From Promethearchaeota archaeon (GTDB lineage: Archaea > Asgardarchaeota > Lokiarchaeia > Sigyniarchaeales > SOKP01), in the NCBI GenBank assembly GCA_048940445.1, contig JBHLON010000002.1, positions 118,149 through 182,148 on the forward strand: a stretch of DNA of 64,000 nt, given 5' to 3'. The notes under the pieces were generated by a model. That model had not been told where the DNA came from. It ran no database searches and saw only the letters and a list, made by a program, of their open reading frames with translations. Below, in pieces: positions 40,520 through 50,035 of this stretch (position 1 is its first letter; each line of letters opens with the position of its first letter). Position numbers and translations under genes: made by a program.

Positions 40520-41497
40520 GTGAGACTAATTTCTATAAATGAAAGGACTCATGCAAAAAAAGTCTGCGATAAAAAGAATGAAAATAGAATTTTTAATGAA
40601 AATCTACAATTCATTTATAATGATATGCAAATTCAACAACTTGGATTAAGTAAAGAATTGCTTAGAGAGAAACAAATAGAATATGAAAAAGAAACAGGTA
40701 AAAATACTGTATGGGATGGAAGGATTACAAAGACCTTTTACAGATATTTAACTGGTCAAAAAATATATGAACGCTCAAAAGAGAGAATTTCTTTGTATAT
40801 TTCTCAACAAAAGAAGAGAAAATGGCATAAATTTATAGAAAACAATGAAAGTATTGCCTCCCTTTCAAAATTAATCAGGATTGGTGTTGATTATTTCATA
40901 AAGAACCATTTAAATTCATTCTTATACGAATCTAATACGGATAATAAAGATTTATCAAATGTTCTGCTTGATGTGAAAGAATCTCTTACAACAATTAAAG
41001 GATTTTCACAATTAGTACTAAAAGAATATAAAGAAGAACTAGATAATCAAGTAGGAAATGCAATTGAAAAGATACATGAACAATGTCAGTTACTCGAATC
41101 AAAAATTTCAAATAGTAAAGCAAGAAAAAATATTGATGTTTTATTGATTGAAGATAATCCACAAACAGTCCATCTTTTCGAAGAAATTTTTAAAAACAAA
41201 GGCTATTCATATAAAACTGCTACAACAGGTCAAGGAGGATTAAATGAATTGAAAGTATCAATACCAAAAGTAGTATTATTAGATGTAATGTTGCCAGATA
41301 TTAAAGGTTGGGAAGTATGTAAACAGATTAAAAAAAATAATAATTTAAAGCACATACCTGTTTTCTATGAGACTGTTATACCTGAAGAGATAGTAAAAAG
41401 TAAAATTGAGGAAACGAGCGTAGATGGATACATCTCAAAACCTTTTGATATATCGGTTATTATTGAACTATTAGACTCTATAATCTTATCTAATTAA
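40520..41497 (+). CDS. Response regulator with N-terminal RHH-like and degenerate HisKA-like segments
   Basis: LLIEDN, LLDVMLPD..GWEVC, SKPF receiver motifs; true start uncertain. Confidence 0.85.
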   Translation: MRLISINERTHAKKVCDKKNENRIFNENLQFIYNDMQIQQLGLSKELLREKQIEYEKETGKNTVWDGRITKTFYRYLTGQKIYERSKERISLYISQQKKRKWHKFIENNESIASLSKLIRIGVDYFIKNHLNSFLYESNTDNKDLSNVLLDVKESLTTIKGFSQLVLKEYKEELDNQVGNAIEKIHEQCQLLESKISNSKARKNIDVLLIEDNPQTVHLFEEIFKNKGYSYKTATTGQGGLNELKVSIPKVVLLDVMLPDIKGWEVCKQIKKNNNLKHIPVFYETVIPEEIVKSKIEETSVDGYISKPFDISVIIELLDSIILSN

Positions 41498-41545
41498 AGG
41501 ATGATTTCCTTTAAAAATGATATAAACTTACTTTTTTAGTCTTTT

Positions 41546-41678
41546 ATTAAGCAACTTGGTATTAATAAAAAAGAGTGAGGTTAGAATGGGTTTCTGCTTC
41601 AGAAGGAAAACGATTTGCTGATTTGATTACAGATTTTACAAATCAATTAAAGAATTAGGACCATTAAAAGTACTCTAA
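41546..41678 (+). pseudogene. mvhD: Frameshifted remnant of an mvhD 3' end
   Basis: IKQLGIN../RVRLEWVSASEGKRFADLITDFTNQ/IKELGPLKVL* with two 1-nt deletions; matches 40216-40350. Confidence 0.9.
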
Positions 41679-41892
41679 TTCTAAAAAATTTAGTTTAAAG
41701 AATTAAGCTCTTTATACTCCTTTGTCTTTTTGAATAATATTCAAAATAAGATAATAGATTCTTCATGATAAGAATGAAATGTTAAAGCAGACTTTACAAT
41801 TTAACAAAAGACTCAGTAGTTAAACGCCTATTCGAATTCTTCAATTTTAGTTTTATTATCTTGACTATTGTGTTTGGAAGTTTTAAAAGTAT

Positions 41893-42057
41893 ATGGTAGA
41901 TTCAGAAAACGAAGAAGCTCCAAAACTATTTTCAAAATATAATATCAAAGCAAAATCTTTTAAAAAAGTATGGTCTAAATTTAATTATAACATATCTAAA
42001 TATGGCCTAGGGTTTTATCCAAAGATTTTAGTTTTATTTCTTAGGAAAGTAATATAA
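41893..42057 (+). CDS. Possible 54-aa small ORF or gene fragment (MVDSENEEAPKLFSKY...)
   Basis: ATG-to-TAA ORF in an intergenic gap, no recognised motif. Confidence 0.25.
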   Translation: MVDSENEEAPKLFSKYNIKAKSFKKVWSKFNYNISKYGLGFYPKILVLFLRKVI

Positions 42058-42121
42058 AAATTTAATTTAAGAAAAATTTGTCTCAGAAATTATATTTAAA
42101 CATAAGATTAGAGGGCTTCAT

Positions 42122-43045
42122 CTGTCAAAATATAAGGTTATAGTTGATTGTGATCCCGGCTTAGGTAGAAGAGCTGCTGAAGTAGATGATGGTCTAGCAA
42201 TATTTTTAATGCTAAATAATCCTGAAATCTTTGATATAATCGGGATTACTACTGTTTTTGGAAATACTCCAGTAGAAATGGGTTATAAACTAGTAAGAAG
42301 GTATTTAAAATTAGCAAATAAAACAGAAATTCCAAACTTTTTGGGGGCTACATCAAAATATATTTTGGGAAAATTAACCGAAGCTTCTAAATTTATAATA
42401 AATAAAATTCAAGAACTTGAGAATGAAATAATTTTACTTGCACTTGGACCCTTAACCAATATTGCAACTGTATTTAAACTATTTCCCAATTTAATCACTA
42501 AAATTAAAAAGATAATCTTTTTGGGAGGCACAATCGAACCCACTTCAGCGTTTAGTCCCCCATTCATATTTGAAGATGGATTATCCAAATTTGTGGAAAA
42601 TAATTTTCAAAGTGATCCACAAGCAGCAAAATTAATAATAGATTCAGAAACAGCCATCCCAAGAATTGGTTTGGGACTAGATATATGTTGCCAAGTTGTC
42701 TTTAAAGAAAAACACCTTAAAATTCTTAACTCTATTGGAAGTCCAATCACAAATTTTATTGCAGAGAATCTAGATCATTGGTTAAACGTGTGGAAGTTCA
42801 ATAAAAGTTGTGGATTTTATCCATTTGATACATTTATTCCTATATTCATGCTGAATCCAGAACTATTTAGTACTGTTGATTTATATATTACTATTGATAC
42901 AGAAGAAAATCCTGGACGAATTATAATATTAAAAGATAATGAGAAAAATTCTACGCCGGTAACCTATTGCATGAATTTTAAAAATCCTGATGGAAATAAG
43001 CGCTTCATGGAGATATTAATTGAAAACTTGATTAAAGAAGAATAA
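42122..43045 (+). CDS. Inosine/uridine-preferring nucleoside hydrolase, probable CTG start
   Basis: In-frame KVIVDCDPG...EVDDGLAI lies upstream of ATG 42209; TTVFGN, LGPLTNIA, ENNFQSDP. Confidence 0.85.
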   Translation: MSKYKVIVDCDPGLGRRAAEVDDGLAIFLMLNNPEIFDIIGITTVFGNTPVEMGYKLVRRYLKLANKTEIPNFLGATSKYILGKLTEASKFIINKIQELENEIILLALGPLTNIATVFKLFPNLITKIKKIIFLGGTIEPTSAFSPPFIFEDGLSKFVENNFQSDPQAAKLIIDSETAIPRIGLGLDICCQVVFKEKHLKILNSIGSPITNFIAENLDHWLNVWKFNKSCGFYPFDTFIPIFMLNPELFSTVDLYITIDTEENPGRIIILKDNEKNSTPVTYCMNFKNPDGNKRFMEILIENLIKEE

Positions 43046-43083
43046 ATTGATATTTTATTGTAATTCGACTAAGTTTAATTATC

Positions 43084-43641
43084 ATGAAAATGAACTCTAA
43101 CTTTTCAGAAGAGGATAATTGGTTTCAATTGGCTTTAATTTATAAAAAGAAGGAAGATTTTAATGAAGTCATTGAGAATTGTAAAAAAGTTTTAGATATT
43201 AATCCAAATTATATAAAAGCATGGTTTTTACTATCTATTGCTTATAAGGAAACTGGAAAAATCGAAGACTCGATGAAAGCTTTCAAAAAAACTTTTGAAT
43301 TAGAATCATTCGAAAAAGTAGATTGGTATGAAATTGCAATAGAGTATTATGAAAAGGACGATATAAATAATCTTGTAAAAACTCTTGAAAATTTATTGTT
43401 TTTTAATAAAGATAAAAAAGAAGAGTGGATTCAACTTGCTTCTAATTTTGAAAATCTTAGCCTTCTTCTTAATGCATATCAAGCTTATAAAAAAGCGTTA
43501 GATTTAGATCCTCTTGATATGCCAGTTTTAAATAAAATTGGTCAACTTTATAATAAAATTGAGGAAATCTCAGAAAAAAGTATAAAAAAAAGAGAAAAAT
43601 TCTTATTCAAAAATTATAAAATCAAGCCTAAAAATAATTAG
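43084..43641 (+). CDS. TPR-repeat protein
   Basis: WFQLA..Y, CKKVLDINP, AYKKALDLDP. Confidence 0.85.
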   Translation: MKMNSNFSEEDNWFQLALIYKKKEDFNEVIENCKKVLDINPNYIKAWFLLSIAYKETGKIEDSMKAFKKTFELESFEKVDWYEIAIEYYEKDDINNLVKTLENLLFFNKDKKEEWIQLASNFENLSLLLNAYQAYKKALDLDPLDMPVLNKIGQLYNKIEEISEKSIKKREKFLFKNYKIKPKNN

Positions 43642-43799
43642 GTACATTTGGAAACTTTTACTTGCTAAAAATATAAGATGAACTTATTTCAATAAATTAT
43701 CACTTTCATTAATTTTATTAAATTAAATTTAGTTTTTTAGTAAATAAGGGAGAAAAAAACTTCAATCTGGAACAAATTTAAAGAAAAGGATCGCAGTCC

Positions 43800-43889
43800 T
43801 TGATCAAAATTTTGATAATTGATAAATAATCATGATTAATTTATTACGTTGAAAAATTTTTAATCCAGATTATGATCAATCTTGATCAA
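43800..43889. promoter_or_regulatory. Cluster of TGATCA-type palindromes upstream of the third hdrA
   Basis: TTGATCAA at 43800 and 43882, ATGATCAA at 43872, TAATCATGATTA at 43827. Confidence 0.35.
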
Positions 43890-43955
43890 AAGATTTAAAT
43901 GTGTAAATGCCTCATTTTGATAGTAAAATGCTAATTTAAAGTTAAGGATATAAAA

Positions 43956-46724
43956 ATGGAAGGTTCAGTTTTAGTTATTGGGGGTGGTATTGCTGGAATT
44001 CAGACCTCGTTAGATTTAACTGAATTAGGATTTAAAGTCTTTTTAATCGAGAGAAAGCCATCGATTGGTGGACATATGGCTCAATTTGATAAATTATATC
44101 CAAATAATGACTGTAGCCTTTGTATATTAGCTCCAAAAATGGTTAGTGTTTATAGAAATCCTAATATAGAACTTTTCACCTTATCTGAAATAAAGGGAGT
44201 AGAGGGAGAAGTTGGCAACTTTAAAGTCACTATAAAAAAACATCCTCGGTACATAGATGAAACCCGATGTAAGGGTTGTGGTGATTGTTCTAAGCGTTGC
44301 CCAAAAATTGAAGTTCCAAATTTATTTGATTTGAACTTAGGTAAGAGGAAGTCAATATACATACCATTCCCCCAAGCAACTCCTCCTGTATACGTGATTG
44401 ACTCTGAATTGTGTTTATATTTAAATAGAGCTGTATGTGGTGTGTGTAAAAAGGTATGTAAAGGGGATGCGATCGATTTTGAACAAGAAGACTACGAAAT
44501 TGAATTAAAAGTTGGAGCTATTGTGGTAGCGACTGGATTTGATATGCTTGGTAAAACCTTACCTAAAAAATGGGGTTACCAATATAAGAATGTTGTTAAT
44601 GCCTTAGAGTATGAAAGAATTTTATCACCAACAGGACCTTTTGGCACTCAAATCCTAAGACCAAGCGATGAAATGGAACCTAAAAAAATTGCCTTTATTC
44701 AGTGTGCAGGTTCAGGTTATTTAAAAAAGAGCGTACATTATTGCTCCCGTGTTTGTTGCATGTATGTTGCTAAAAACGCCATATTAAGTAAAAGTTATTT
44801 AGAAAGTACTCAAATAACTATTTTTAGGCATAATATTCGAGTGTTTGGGAAAAATTTTTATGAGTATACAAAAGCTGCGCAAGATGAATATGGGATTAAT
44901 TATATTAACTCAGGAATTAATTTCATTCATGAAGACCCCGAAAATAATGATCTGGTCATTAATTATGATAATCTAAAAACAGGTGAAAAAAATTTATTAT
45001 TTCAAGCTAATCTTGTCGTATTAGCAGCTCCTTTAATCCCTTCCAATGGAACATCCGATTTGGCAGAGATTTTAGGGGTTGAACTTGACGATTATGGGTT
45101 TTTTAAGGAATCTTCTTACTTTAATAAATCTCTTTCTACTAGAGAGGGAATTTATCTTTGTGGATTCTGCAAAGAACCAATGAATATCTCTGAAACAGTC
45201 GCTCATGCTAGTGGAGTAGCTTCACAAGTTGCAACTTTATTACGTTCAGTGAGATACACTTTAATACATGAAAAGGAGATTGCCATTCGTCCAGAAGAAG
45301 AAATCATAAATATTACTCCAAGTGCATTAATAATTGGGGGAGGTATTTCTGGTATGACCGCAGCATTTAATATAAGTAGTCAGGGATTTAATGCAATTAT
45401 CGTTGAAAAAGAATCTCTATTGGGAGGGAATCTAAATCAACTAAACCAAATTTATCCAATAAAGCAAGATCCATTATCTATTTTAGATAAACTCAAAGAG
45501 GGGATACAAACTACAAGAAACATTGAAATATTCATAAATTCTACAGTTGAAAAAGTGAACGGATCTATAGGTAGTTATGAAATTATTATTAGAAGAGCAA
45601 ATTCTGAATTGATAAAGAAGACTGTGGGGGTTATAATTATTGCTACTGGAGGCCAAGAGTTCAAACCTTATGGGTTCTTTCAATATGGTAAAAAATATAA
45701 AAATGTTCTAACTCAGATGGATTTAGAACAGAAACTAAGGAGTGAAGATATAACATGGTTGAAGAATATAAATCATTTTACGACAATTATGTGTGTTAAT
45801 GCAAGGCAGAAAGGAGGATTCCCTTATTGTTCAAATATATGTTGTAGTAATACAATTAAAAATATCAATATCCTAAAGGAATTAAAACCTGAACTTGAAG
45901 CAGTTGTACTTTTTAGAGAACTTCATATGGCTAAAAAGGAATTTGAGGATTATGTAAGTAAAAGGAAGAAGTTAGCTAACTACTTAAAATACGATTTGCA
46001 GAATGTACCTGAAATCAATAACATTCAAGAAATACCTGAAAAGTTTGAAATTAAATTAAAAGATATTCAAAATACAAAAAAAAATATCAGTTTTAAAACT
46101 GATTTAGTAATCCTTTCAACCCCAATGATTCCTCCCGAAGGAATAGATAAACTAGCTAACATATTAAACGTGCCCTTAGATAAATATGGTTTCTTTATAG
46201 AGGCCCATAAAAAATTAAGACCTTTAGATTTCTCTTCTCAGGGAATTTTTGTTTGTGGATGTGCTCAATGGCCAAAAACAGTTCAAGATTCAATTTCGGA
46301 AGCCAATGGGGCGGCAGGAAGGGCAAGTAGATTTTTAAATATCGGAAAAATATCAACATCAAAATTAGAATTACTTTCTTTTTTGCTATCAATAGAATGT
46401 TTTTTCAAAGATATCAAAGTAAATGCAGAAAAATGCAATGGATGTGGAAGATGTGCAGAAGTATGTGAATTTAAAGCAATTTCTCTTAATCAATTAAATC
46501 AAGAATACGAGGATATTAGTATTGCTACAAAGAAAGCCTCAATAAATCCCGCAATATGTAAAGGATGTGGAAAATGTTCAGCAACATGTAGATTAAAAGC
46601 TATATATCCACGACATTATGATTTCAAACAAATTTCAGCGATATTTGACCCCTATTTTCTAGAAAGAGCTGAACCTGAACAGATAACTCCCAAAAGTAAA
46701 GAATTATCTTTGATAAATAGTTAA
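43956..46724 (+). CDS. hdrA: HdrA-like paralog lacking the internal CHCG/CTPRTHE domain
   Basis: Colinear with 36810-39893 except for a ~130-aa internal deletion. Confidence 0.9.
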   Translation: MEGSVLVIGGGIAGIQTSLDLTELGFKVFLIERKPSIGGHMAQFDKLYPNNDCSLCILAPKMVSVYRNPNIELFTLSEIKGVEGEVGNFKVTIKKHPRYIDETRCKGCGDCSKRCPKIEVPNLFDLNLGKRKSIYIPFPQATPPVYVIDSELCLYLNRAVCGVCKKVCKGDAIDFEQEDYEIELKVGAIVVATGFDMLGKTLPKKWGYQYKNVVNALEYERILSPTGPFGTQILRPSDEMEPKKIAFIQCAGSGYLKKSVHYCSRVCCMYVAKNAILSKSYLESTQITIFRHNIRVFGKNFYEYTKAAQDEYGINYINSGINFIHEDPENNDLVINYDNLKTGEKNLLFQANLVVLAAPLIPSNGTSDLAEILGVELDDYGFFKESSYFNKSLSTREGIYLCGFCKEPMNISETVAHASGVASQVATLLRSVRYTLIHEKEIAIRPEEEIINITPSALIIGGGISGMTAAFNISSQGFNAIIVEKESLLGGNLNQLNQIYPIKQDPLSILDKLKEGIQTTRNIEIFINSTVEKVNGSIGSYEIIIRRANSELIKKTVGVIIIATGGQEFKPYGFFQYGKKYKNVLTQMDLEQKLRSEDITWLKNINHFTTIMCVNARQKGGFPYCSNICCSNTIKNINILKELKPELEAVVLFRELHMAKKEFEDYVSKRKKLANYLKYDLQNVPEINNIQEIPEKFEIKLKDIQNTKKNISFKTDLVILSTPMIPPEGIDKLANILNVPLDKYGFFIEAHKKLRPLDFSSQGIFVCGCAQWPKTVQDSISEANGAAGRASRFLNIGKISTSKLELLSFLLSIECFFKDIKVNAEKCNGCGRCAEVCEFKAISLNQLNQEYEDISIATKKASINPAICKGCGKCSATCRLKAIYPRHYDFKQISAIFDPYFLERAEPEQITPKSKELSLINS

Positions 46725-46750
46725 AAACATAATTTTTTTTAAAAACTCTC

Positions 46751-47665
46751 TTATATTACTTTTAAAAATAAATCTTCAATGGAGAGCGTCTTCTCTTCTA
46801 TTCTTGTGATAGGATAATTTTGTAAAATAGAAAACAAGTAACTATAATCTTTTCTTTCTTTCAAGGTTATAATTAACCCTGATTCTTCTTCTACGCATTC
46901 AACGATATAGTCAAGATGTATTAATTTATTCAATAATTCTTGCTTTTTCTCTCTTAATTCTATAAACACTTGAACCCCTTTTTGAAATATGTATTGAAGA
47001 TCTCTTTTCTTTCCCGTTCTTATTATCTCCCCATGATTAATAAATGCAATTCGTTCACATAATTTCTCTACAATAGCCATATTATGAGAACATAATATTA
47101 TAGTTTTATTCAACTCTCTTAATCTCTCAATGATGAAATTAGTTGTGGATACATCAAGACCAAGAGTGGGTTCATCTAAAAAAAAGATTTTAGGATTAAT
47201 TAACAACATTCTGGCTACAGATAATTTGGTTTTCATTCCAGTTGAATATTTTTCTACGTATTCATTCATCCATTCGGTTAACTCTAGCATCTGGGCAATT
47301 TCCTCGATTTTTTGTTTATAATTAGGAACCTCATAAATCTTTGCAAAAAACTTCAAGTTTCGATAACCAGTAATTCGATAATAAATCATATCACTACCAA
47401 ACATTAATCCTATATGTTTCTTAACCTTATTTGGATTTTTTAATATATTATCCCCATTGATTATTGCATACCCGCTTGTTGGCTGAATGAGCGTAGTTAA
47501 AATTGAAATAAAGGTGGTTTTACCCGCACCATTAGGTCCTAGTAAGCCGAACTTTTCTCCTTGAAAAATCTTTAAATTCACGTTATTTAATGCTAAGATC
47601 TTTTTGTGGCGCTTTTTTAACCGATATTCTTTGGTGAGATTCACGGTCTCAATAATAGGTTCCAT
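46751..47665 (-). CDS. ABC-2 exporter ATP-binding protein
   Basis: GPNGAGKTT, YSTGMK, LDEPT, SH. Confidence 0.93.
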   Translation of the reverse strand: MEPIIETVNLTKEYRLKKRHKKILALNNVNLKIFQGEKFGLLGPNGAGKTTFISILTTLIQPTSGYAIINGDNILKNPNKVKKHIGLMFGSDMIYYRITGYRNLKFFAKIYEVPNYKQKIEEIAQMLELTEWMNEYVEKYSTGMKTKLSVARMLLINPKIFFLDEPTLGLDVSTTNFIIERLRELNKTIILCSHNMAIVEKLCERIAFINHGEIIRTGKKRDLQYIFQKGVQVFIELREKKQELLNKLIHLDYIVECVEEESGLIITLKERKDYSYLFSILQNYPITRIEEKTLSIEDLFLKVI

Positions 47666-47668
47666 ATA

Positions 47669-48502
47669 CTAATATCCCGATGTTCCTAATTTTTTATATA
47701 TTATATTAAACATTGTAACTGCCAAAATCGGAGCGAGGATTATTGAAGAAGATATAATGATAAAATGCCCAAAATGTAATGTTACTGTATGAAATATATT
47801 GTCTTCTAACCATGTTAAGCGTATAAAATTTATAAGATAATAAAGAGGATTAAACGAAATAAAATCTTGTACAATTCCCGGAAATAATTGAAAAGGATAA
47901 GTGATACAACTAGCCCATATAATAAAATTTAATAGAAAAGTGATAATGCTAGAAATATTCTCGTTAGCGACAGTAATTACCCCTAATACTAAGCCAATAG
48001 CTGCAAAAACAATCGCAACTCCCATGAATAGCAATAGCACGCTTAATAATGTTAAAATAGAAATCGGCCAAATTATATATAAAACAATTAAAAAGGCTAA
48101 AAATGGTATAGATAGTAGTGCTACTTCTGAGAGAAAATAACCAAACAAAAGATAATAGCGATTAAAAGGAGCAATGATAAGTGCAGGTAATGTTTTCCAA
48201 TATTGTTCTCGTTGCATATGCATTGGAATATAAGTTATCATACCTCTCATCAGTAAAATGTTATAGCCGATAAAAATGAAAATGACATAATTCTGAGATG
48301 TCCAGGGACTAAAATTTATATTATTTTCAAAAAAACGTCCAAGTATAATGATGGGCATCAATATTGTAATAATTGGTGCTAGGTAATTTAACAGAGTTCG
48401 ATACTTAAATCTAAGTCCCATATAAATTTGTTTTTCTGCAATTGCTAGAGTCTTTTTAATAATCCTTTGTATTCTATTGATAGTTAATTTGGGTAATTTC
48501 AT
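47669..48502 (-). CDS. ABC-2 exporter permease
   Basis: 6 TM, NPLYY, adjacent ATPase. Confidence 0.88.
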   Translation of the reverse strand: MKLPKLTINRIQRIIKKTLAIAEKQIYMGLRFKYRTLLNYLAPIITILMPIIILGRFFENNINFSPWTSQNYVIFIFIGYNILLMRGMITYIPMHMQREQYWKTLPALIIAPFNRYYLLFGYFLSEVALLSIPFLAFLIVLYIIWPISILTLLSVLLLFMGVAIVFAAIGLVLGVITVANENISSIITFLLNFIIWASCITYPFQLFPGIVQDFISFNPLYYLINFIRLTWLEDNIFHTVTLHFGHFIIISSSIILAPILAVTMFNIIYKKLGTSGY

Positions 48503-48573
48503 GATTATATGTTTATCAAAATAGAATAATTAGTATAAAAAAACATTGGCGAGAATTTAAAATTTTTATTCTT

Positions 48574-49782
48574 TTACTTTTTCGCGAGGCGATATAAGAA
48601 TAACATAACAAGAGCAAGTAAAACGGAATTAACTAAAACAATAAAATAAATCATTTTAATTCCTCCATAGACAAAAACCCAATTATAAATAATGGGAATA
48701 AGAGCAATACCGATAAATTGTCCCGCAGTTGCTAATCCTGCTAAAGCACCTGTCCTTTCTTTAGATAACGTTTGACTATAAAACATCATTGAAGGTATTA
48801 AAGTACCTCCTGCAGCTCCAGTAAATATTAATGCTATTGTTGTATACAAAAGAACACTTGGTTTAGTAATATCTGATATTAATAAGAATGCTAGTAAACT
48901 AAAATAAAGTGAAATTAATCCCAAAACTATACCATATTTAATCCCCTTTATTTTAATAATATATCCTATTATAATTCCCATAATAGCACCTGTTATTCCT
49001 GCTGAACCGATAACAAATCCCAAGACATTTTCAGGAATTGTTTCATTAAGAGCTCTTGAAGTCCAAGTAATATTTGTTAAATAGGTTTGTGTAATTAAAA
49101 AAGCAGAAATTATCAATAATAATACAACTGGACGGCGGATTTCTTGAAAAATATGTTTTATAAAAACATGTATTCCAAGTTTTTGAGAAAATTTTTGGGT
49201 TGGTTGTTTTGACACTAATAAACCAAAAAACCCTATAAATGTAATTATAACAAATAGGAGGTACAGATATCGCCATCCAAAAAATACCATTAAGCCTGCC
49301 AATATTGGACCAAAACCTACCCCTAAATTAGCCACAGCACCTAAGTATCCCATTTTTTTAGGGATATTTGGAGCAATTGTAATGTCTGTCATTAATGCTA
49401 TCAAAACAGGATTAACAAATCCAAATCCAATTCCACCTAAAAAGTTAGCAATAAGATATATCCGAAATGATGGAGATAAAGCTGCAATAACCATTCCTAT
49501 TCCAAAAATAGCTAATCCAAATAATATAACTTTAAAACGCCCTTTAACATCAGAAAGAGATCCTGTAAATAATTGCGTAATCGCAAATGGAAACATGAAT
49601 GAAGAGATTGCAATCAATATAAAATTCTGGGGAACACCAAACTCCAGAGAAAGTACTTTAAAAAGAACTAAGATTACATTTCCTGTCAATGGTCCTAAAC
49701 CAAATAAAATATAGGTTATTATTTCAATAAATAAATTACTTCTTTTTCCGTTATTTCCAGATTTAATCTTATTTTCTTGCAT
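48574..49782 (-). CDS. MFS transporter (drug:H+ antiporter-like)
   Basis: GSLSDVKGR motif A, GPILAG...GWR. Confidence 0.9.
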   Translation of the reverse strand: MQENKIKSGNNGKRSNLFIEIITYILFGLGPLTGNVILVLFKVLSLEFGVPQNFILIAISSFMFPFAITQLFTGSLSDVKGRFKVILFGLAIFGIGMVIAALSPSFRIYLIANFLGGIGFGFVNPVLIALMTDITIAPNIPKKMGYLGAVANLGVGFGPILAGLMVFFGWRYLYLLFVIITFIGFFGLLVSKQPTQKFSQKLGIHVFIKHIFQEIRRPVVLLLIISAFLITQTYLTNITWTSRALNETIPENVLGFVIGSAGITGAIMGIIIGYIIKIKGIKYGIVLGLISLYFSLLAFLLISDITKPSVLLYTTIALIFTGAAGGTLIPSMMFYSQTLSKERTGALAGLATAGQFIGIALIPIIYNWVFVYGGIKMIYFIVLVNSVLLALVMLFLYRLAKK

Positions 49783-50035
49783 AGATGATTTCTATGTAAT
49801 AATTTACAATCTAATTAATCTGAATTAAATTTTTAAATAAATAAAGTTTGAGTTTATGTAATTATTCGCAAAAGACCGGTTTCGCGAATTTCTTAAAAGA
49901 GAGTTATTCTTCTAATCTTTAAATTATGAATCTAGAGGTTTTAATTAGATTTTTAAATGATTAACATCAAATAAGAAACTATTAATATAATTTTGATTAA
50001 TCCATAATCATTATTCAAAATTTAAGATAAATAAG

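Noticed and set aside
49864-49889. ATTCGC...ACCGGT...GCGAAT palindrome between the divergent MFS genes
   Set aside because: Imperfect, off-centre and single-copy; too weak to call.
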